A program made the translations under genes and the position numbers. This document shows, one piece after another, positions 47,236 to 52,155 of a stretch of DNA of 52,155 nt. Numbering within the stretch: position 1 is the first letter of the stretch; each line of letters begins with the position of its first letter. The DNA is from an uncultured Verrucomicrobiae bacterium (lineage in GTDB: Bacteria; Verrucomicrobiota; Verrucomicrobiia; Limisphaerales; JAFGQR01): NCBI GenBank assembly GCA_963788655.1, contig CAWBHS010000021.1:1-52155 (forward strand). The letters run 5' to 3'. The notes under the pieces were generated by a model. It saw nothing but the letters and a program-made list of their open reading frames with translations. It ran no database searches and had not been told where the DNA came from.

Positions 47236-49521
47236 TTACGGCTCAGTAACGAGCACCACGCGGAAGCCGATGATGAAGTCGCTGATGAATGGGTGTGCCC
47301 CTTCAAACCAACGGCTGGCGGAGCGGCAATCGAACTCAGACGCTTCCCATGCTCCGCCGCGAATAACCTTCCAGCCAATCGGATTATCCGCCGGCCCTTG
47401 CGGATCGGTTACGGAGCCGCCCGGGTAATCGCCATACCAATCCTGGCACCATTCCCAAACATTCCCCGCCATGTCATACAGTCCCCAGGCGTTCGGCAGT
47501 TTCTGTCCGACCGGGTGCGTCGTAATACCATTGTGGGCGCCAAACCACGCGTAGTTGCTCAAGCCGGTGAGGTCGGAGTCGTCACCGTAATAAAAGCGAT
47601 TCGTCGTACCTGCGCGCGCGGCGCATTCCCACTCCGCTTCGGTCGGGAGCCGATAGTGGCTGCCGGATGGAATTCGTCCTGCCGCCTGGTCCTGGGCGGT
47701 GAGCAGGAAGCAGTAATTGGAGGTCGCGAAGAAAGACACGCTTTCGACCGGACGATTCAGATCACCCGGAAAGCCGCTGGGATTTTCACCCGTGACGGCG
47801 AGGTATTCCGCCTGAGTCACTTCATGTTTCCCGATCCAAAATCCATGCGTGAGCGTCACAACGGTTTGCGGTCCCTCATCGGCCTGGTGGCCGACTTCAC
47901 TTTCGGGACTGCCCATCGTGAATGCGTTGGGCGGAATGAACACCATGTTCACGGGTGGAGTTTGCAACACCACGCGGTAAGACTTTTGCGGGGAAGCATT
48001 GGCCGTTGCATCTAGAAAGTTGACAGCCCCAAGCGTGTTGTTCACCACTCTTACCGCATTCCAGGTCGTGAGATTTGTCGAGTCCAGAACCGTGTAAACC
48101 CCGGGCGGTCCGGTGATGCCGAATTTGAATGCGCCGTTCAACGGGAGCAGGTTGACTAACTGGACGGTCAATGGATACGTGTACACTTGGACGCCCAGAT
48201 TGCGGATGGACGGAAGTTCTGCCGCCAGATTCGTCTCCGCCAAGAACCCGGGCAAAACCAGCGTGGTCAGCGGATTGCCGACGTAGCCAAGCGCACCCAA
48301 CCCGTTCAAGTCCGGGGGCAACGTGATGGTCGTGAGTTGATTCCCGCTGAGGTAAAGCCCGGACAGATTCGTCAGACCCGCAGGGACGGTAAAGCTGCTG
48401 AGCAGATTGTCGCTGAGGTCGAGCGACACCAAATGACCCAGATCCGCAGGCAACCCGACGTTGGTAAACTGATTGCCACCGAGAAACAGCGCGGTCAAAT
48501 TGGTCAGCCCCGGCGGCAGGGCGAAACGGGTGAATTGATTTCCAGAGAGAGCGAGAATGGACAGCTGACTGGATCCCGCCGGCAGAGTGACACTGGTGAG
48601 TTGATTTGTGCTCAGATCGAGATAGGTCAGCTTGGTCAAATCCGCGGGCAGATTGAAGTTGGTGAGCAGGTTGGACCGCAGATGGAGGAAGACCAATCCG
48701 GAAAGATTCGGGGGCAAATTGAGACTGGTGAACTGATTGTGATCGAGGTCCAGGCTGATCAAGTTTCGCAGATCAGCTGGCAGGTTCAGGTTCGCAAGCT
48801 GATTGGAGGAAAGGTCGAGCACGTGCAGGTTCGTCACGCCGGCAGGCAAGGTGAAGCTGGTGAGTTGATTTTGGTCGAGGTAAAGTTGGGTCAACCGGGT
48901 CAGGCCGGTCGGCAGAGTGAAATTCGTGAGGGAGTTTTCGCTCAAGCGGAGCAGATCCAGATTCGTCAGTCCGTTGGGCAGGGAGACGTTGGTAAGGGCA
49001 TTGAACCCGAGGTCGAGCACGCCCAGGCCGGTCAGACCGGGCGGCAGGGTGAAACTGGTGAGTTGATCGCCCTGGAGATCAAGCTCCTCCAGTTGGGTCA
49101 GGCCCGCTGGCAGCGCGAGTTGGGTCAGCGGGTTGTTCCCGATGAGGAGTGAAAACAATTTCGTCATGCCGCCGGACAGAGAGACGTTGGTGAGCGCATT
49201 TATGCTGAGATTGAGCGACACCAGATTCGTCAACGTGGGAAGCGAGAAATTGGTGAGGTGATTGGAGAACAGCAGGAGCGTGTTCAAATTGCGAGCCGCC
49301 TCCAGTCCGGCAAGGTTGCTGATATTCCGGTCATGGGCATTCAGCACGGTCAACCCGAGCATGTCCTGTTGGGTCAATGGCCCGACTGGCTTGCCGAGTG
49401 TCTCGCGGATGGCGGCGTTCAAGCCGGGATCAGGAAGGGACACCTCTTGCGCGTGGGCCGAAATCATGAGGCCGATCGCGATCAGCGTCCGGACGAGGTA
49501 ATTGATAGTGTTCATGTTCAT
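47236..49521 (-). CDS. Secreted leucine-rich-repeat protein with C-terminal FGE-sulfatase (SUMF1, C-type-lectin fold) domain
   Basis: Internalin-like cap PDPGLNAAIR; many 21-aa LRRs (LTxLxLxxNQLTSFTLP); RLPTEAEWE, PNAWGLYDMAGNVWEW and IGFRVV; GAGG RBS before ATG 49521. Confidence 0.9.
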   Translation of the reverse strand: MNMNTINYLVRTLIAIGLMISAHAQEVSLPDPGLNAAIRETLGKPVGPLTQQDMLGLTVLNAHDRNISNLAGLEAARNLNTLLLFSNHLTNFSLPTLTNLVSLNLSINALTNVSLSGGMTKLFSLLIGNNPLTQLALPAGLTQLEELDLQGDQLTSFTLPPGLTGLGVLDLGFNALTNVSLPNGLTNLDLLRLSENSLTNFTLPTGLTRLTQLYLDQNQLTSFTLPAGVTNLHVLDLSSNQLANLNLPADLRNLISLDLDHNQFTSLNLPPNLSGLVFLHLRSNLLTNFNLPADLTKLTYLDLSTNQLTSVTLPAGSSQLSILALSGNQFTRFALPPGLTNLTALFLGGNQFTNVGLPADLGHLVSLDLSDNLLSSFTVPAGLTNLSGLYLSGNQLTTITLPPDLNGLGALGYVGNPLTTLVLPGFLAETNLAAELPSIRNLGVQVYTYPLTVQLVNLLPLNGAFKFGITGPPGVYTVLDSTNLTTWNAVRVVNNTLGAVNFLDATANASPQKSYRVVLQTPPVNMVFIPPNAFTMGSPESEVGHQADEGPQTVVTLTHGFWIGKHEVTQAEYLAVTGENPSGFPGDLNRPVESVSFFATSNYCFLLTAQDQAAGRIPSGSHYRLPTEAEWECAARAGTTNRFYYGDDSDLTGLSNYAWFGAHNGITTHPVGQKLPNAWGLYDMAGNVWEWCQDWYGDYPGGSVTDPQGPADNPIGWKVIRGGAWEASEFDCRSASRWFEGAHPFISDFIIGFRVVLVTEP

Positions 49522-49567
49522 CACCTCGTTGGAGCCTTGAGTGAGGAATCGGTTCCCCAAAACCGAG

Positions 49568-49583
49568 TGGGACGAAAGCCCCA
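49568..49583. promoter_or_regulatory. Dyad regulator box
   Basis: tgggac-gaaa-gcccca between the divergent LRR-FGE and TlpA genes. Confidence 0.65.
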
Positions 49584-49689
49584 GTGCGTCCGAACGGACG
49601 TGGAAGCATACTGACACCGTGTTCGAGAGCCTGTCCGAGTGAGCGCCGACACCATTTGGTTGTATGGAAAAACTGATCAAACGACTATC

Positions 49690-50927
49690 ATGAAAAAAAC
49701 CTGGAACGTCCTACTCGCACTGGCCTGTGCTCCTTTCATCGTGTCGGCAGGCGAGACAACCGCACCGAAGCCGGGTGAACCGCCACCTCCATTTGGGCTT
49801 GAGTCAACATTGCAAGCGCCCCGTGGCGCCCAGCCGAGTTGGAAGGCGCTCAAGGGTAAAGTGGTCGTCCTGGAGTTTTGGGCAACCTGGTGCGGACCTT
49901 GCATCGCGGCGATACCCCATCTGAATGAATTGGCGGATAAATTCAAAGACGAGCCGGTTCAATTCATCGCCATTACCGATCAAGACGAAACGGTTGTCAG
50001 GCCGTTCTTGCGCAAAAAGCCGATGCACGCCTGGATCGGTTTTGGACACCGACAGGTCGATGTTCAAAGATTTCGGGATCAAGGGCATCCCGCACACGGT
50101 GGTGGTGACCAAAACGGGATTATTGCGGCAATCACTTATCCGACCTACTTAGCCGAGCAACAGTTGAAATACCTGCTGGCTGGCAAGCAGATGACCCTCG
50201 CGCAACGCGGAACCGAAGGCGGCCTGTTCCCGGGACAGGTGCCTGCCATTTCGAAGCGGGAGCGAGAACCGCTCTTTCAGGTAATCATTCGTCCGAGCAC
50301 AGGTGGGCCCATGACTTCCTCCTCGAGCCAAGGCGGCCTTACTGCATCTCGGGTAACCATCTTGAACATTCTTTCTTCCAGCTCCGGCATCAGTCCGTTT
50401 GCGGATCTTCACCGATTCGGCCCTGCCAGAAGGAGACTTCGATTTTATCATCAAAACGCCCGATACCGAAAACGAAAAGGTTCAGACCTGGCTGCGGCAA
50501 GCGGTGGAATCGACGTTCAGGCGTCAGTGCCCGCTATAGAGACCAGCGAAATGGACGCCTTCGTTCTCAAGCCAGGCCAACCCACTGAACATCTAACCCC
50601 GACGGTTGCAACCGGAAGTTCTTCCCTGAGCTCGGGCGGCGGAAGCCTGAACTGCGTGAATCAATCCATGACTTCCCTGGCCTCGAGCCTGGAGGAGATT
50701 TAGAAAAAACCTGTTATCGATGAAACCCGCCTCACAAATCGCTATGATTTTCAGCTCCTGTGGAATATGGAAACATTGGGGAAACGGATCCGATCAAGTT
50801 GGCCGGGGCATTGCGTGGACAGCTCGGCTTGGAACTGGCACCGGCGAGGCGGGCAGTCGAAGTGCTTAAGGTAACCGTGGCGAATCGCCAGGCCGGCCCA
50901 TCAGGAAATAGGATTCAAGGTCCATGA
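49690..50927 (+). CDS. TlpA/redoxin domain fused to TIGR03435-like domain (several frameshifts and an in-frame TAG; may be a pseudogene)
   Basis: VVVLEFWATWCGPC; after the TAG at 50701 the frame reads KKPVIDETRLTNRYDFQLLW, and ALRGQLGLELAP follows in another frame. Confidence 0.72.
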
Positions 50928-51164
50928 GAACGACGCTGAAGAATCTGTTGGTCGTAATGCCCAACCCGTTTCGGGCCGTCATGTCTGGCTATAATCATCC
51001 CCGTGAGAGTGCTGAGTCAGGCGTTGGCTCCCCTAATCGAATGGGACTCAAGATTTGGGGCGCGAAGAACTCCGGCCGCGATTTGTAACGAAAGAGGATT
51101 GCCGCACGGCTAATGCGGTTTATGATATGGATTAATTGGGCGTGAAGCGTCCCAGACACACATT

Positions 51165-52155
51165 ATGAAATCATCCGTGCCGGACCTTAAGTGGGACGAA
51201 AGTGGCAGTGCACTCGAACCGTTTCTCAAGCACACTGATGGCGTGTTCGAAAAACTCTTTGAGCTCAGCGCGGACGCCATCTGGTTGTATGATCCCCGGA
51301 CTGCGGAACTGGTGGATTGCAATCAGGCGGCGGTCGAACTCATTGGCGCGGAGAGCAAGCAGCAATTGTTGCGCACGCGGCCCGAAGACCTGTCCCCACC
51401 GATGCAACCGGACGGAGCGTCTTCGGCCGGCAAGGCGGCGGAGATTATCGCCACCGTCGAAAGGGAAAAGCGGCATTGCTTCGAATGGCTGATGCGGCGC
51501 CTGGATGGCCGGGAAGTTCCCCTCGAGGTTTCCTCGACCGCGCTGTTCATGAACGGAAAGAGGATCCATGTCCTTATGTCCCGGGACATCCGCGAGCGCA
51601 AAAAAGCCGAGCGTGCATTGCTTGAACTGACTCACGCCCTGGAAATGCGGGTGGCCGAACGCACGGCCGCGCTCAGCACCAGCGAAGCGCGCTTTCGCGC
51701 CCTGGTGGAACATGCGTCGGAAGCCATTGTCGTTTTCAACGGAGACACCGGACAATTTCTCTTCGGCAACGAACACGCGTGCCGGCTTTACGGGGTACCG
51801 ATGGAAAAACTGGCGACCCTGACTCCCGCCGATGTCAGCCCTGAATTTCAACCGAGTGGACGACGCTCCGGCGAGCTTGCCCGCGAGTAGATGGCCGAAG
51901 CCCTGACCGGAGGCATGCCGGTTTTCGAATGGATCCACCAACAGCCCAATGGCCGGCTGATTCCCACCGAAGTGCGGCTATTGCGCCTGCCCGCGGAAGG
52001 CCGGAATTTGATTCGCGCCAGCATCATTGACAATACGGAGCACAAACGCGCCGAGCGGGCGCTGCGCGAATCGGAAGAGAAGTTTCGCGCGCTCTTCGAA
52101 GGGTCCAGCCACGGCGTAGTCCTCCACGACGAGAATGAACTGCTGGAGGTGAACC
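51165..52155 (+). CDS. Multi-PAS sensor protein, probably a histidine kinase (in-frame TAG at 51888; runs off the window)
   Basis: PAS repeats (NQAAVEL…SPPMQPDG…FEW…RDIRERK), LEMRVAERT coiled coil and SEARFRALVE. After the TAG the frame continues MAEALTGGMPVFEWIHQQPNGRLIPTEVRL…ESEEKFRALFE. Confidence 0.8.

Noticed and set aside
46920..47420. Diversity-generating retroelement target in the FGE-sulfatase C-terminus
   Set aside because: No reverse transcriptase and no adenine-variant template repeat of the 3' region was seen in the window. A remote DGR cannot be excluded.

Overview
GC-rich chromosomal window from a probable Verrucomicrobiota genome (Pedosphaera/Limisphaerales-like). The taxonomy is inferred from prepilin H-X9-DG proteins, a PVC-type ECF sigma with a FecR-LamG partner and a TIGR03435-like protein. 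Left part (1-28 kb): secreted Ig/LamG protein, prepilin-like genes, a glycoside hydrolase, a TetR-HlyD-ABC efflux operon, a Phd/RelE toxin-antitoxin pair bracketed by a duplication of the permease 3' end, housekeeping enzymes, a 272-bp MITE and an nfeD-floA-yqfB-like operon. Middle part (28-40 kb): an ECF/anti-sigma-headed hemicellulose locus (GH95-esterase fusion, esterase-GH53-hydrolase fusion, GH62, GH10) in which palindromic REP-type elements sit in frame inside proteins. Right part (40-52 kb): an island of secreted and redox genes (DUF3455, ECF sigma, RTX-like, FAD/BBE oxidase, methyltransferase, SnoaL, LRR-FGE, TlpA-TIGR03435, PAS sensor) whose upstream regions share a DosR-box-like dyad TGGGAC-N4-GYCCCA. 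Three unrelated secreted proteins share a ~70-aa 'S-x-x-L-x-x-W...F/Y-R-V' module. About 15 frameshifts, several at homopolymers, probably reflect long-read errors. I recognised no rRNA, tRNA, CRISPR array or transposase. All family calls come from motif recognition, not database searches.
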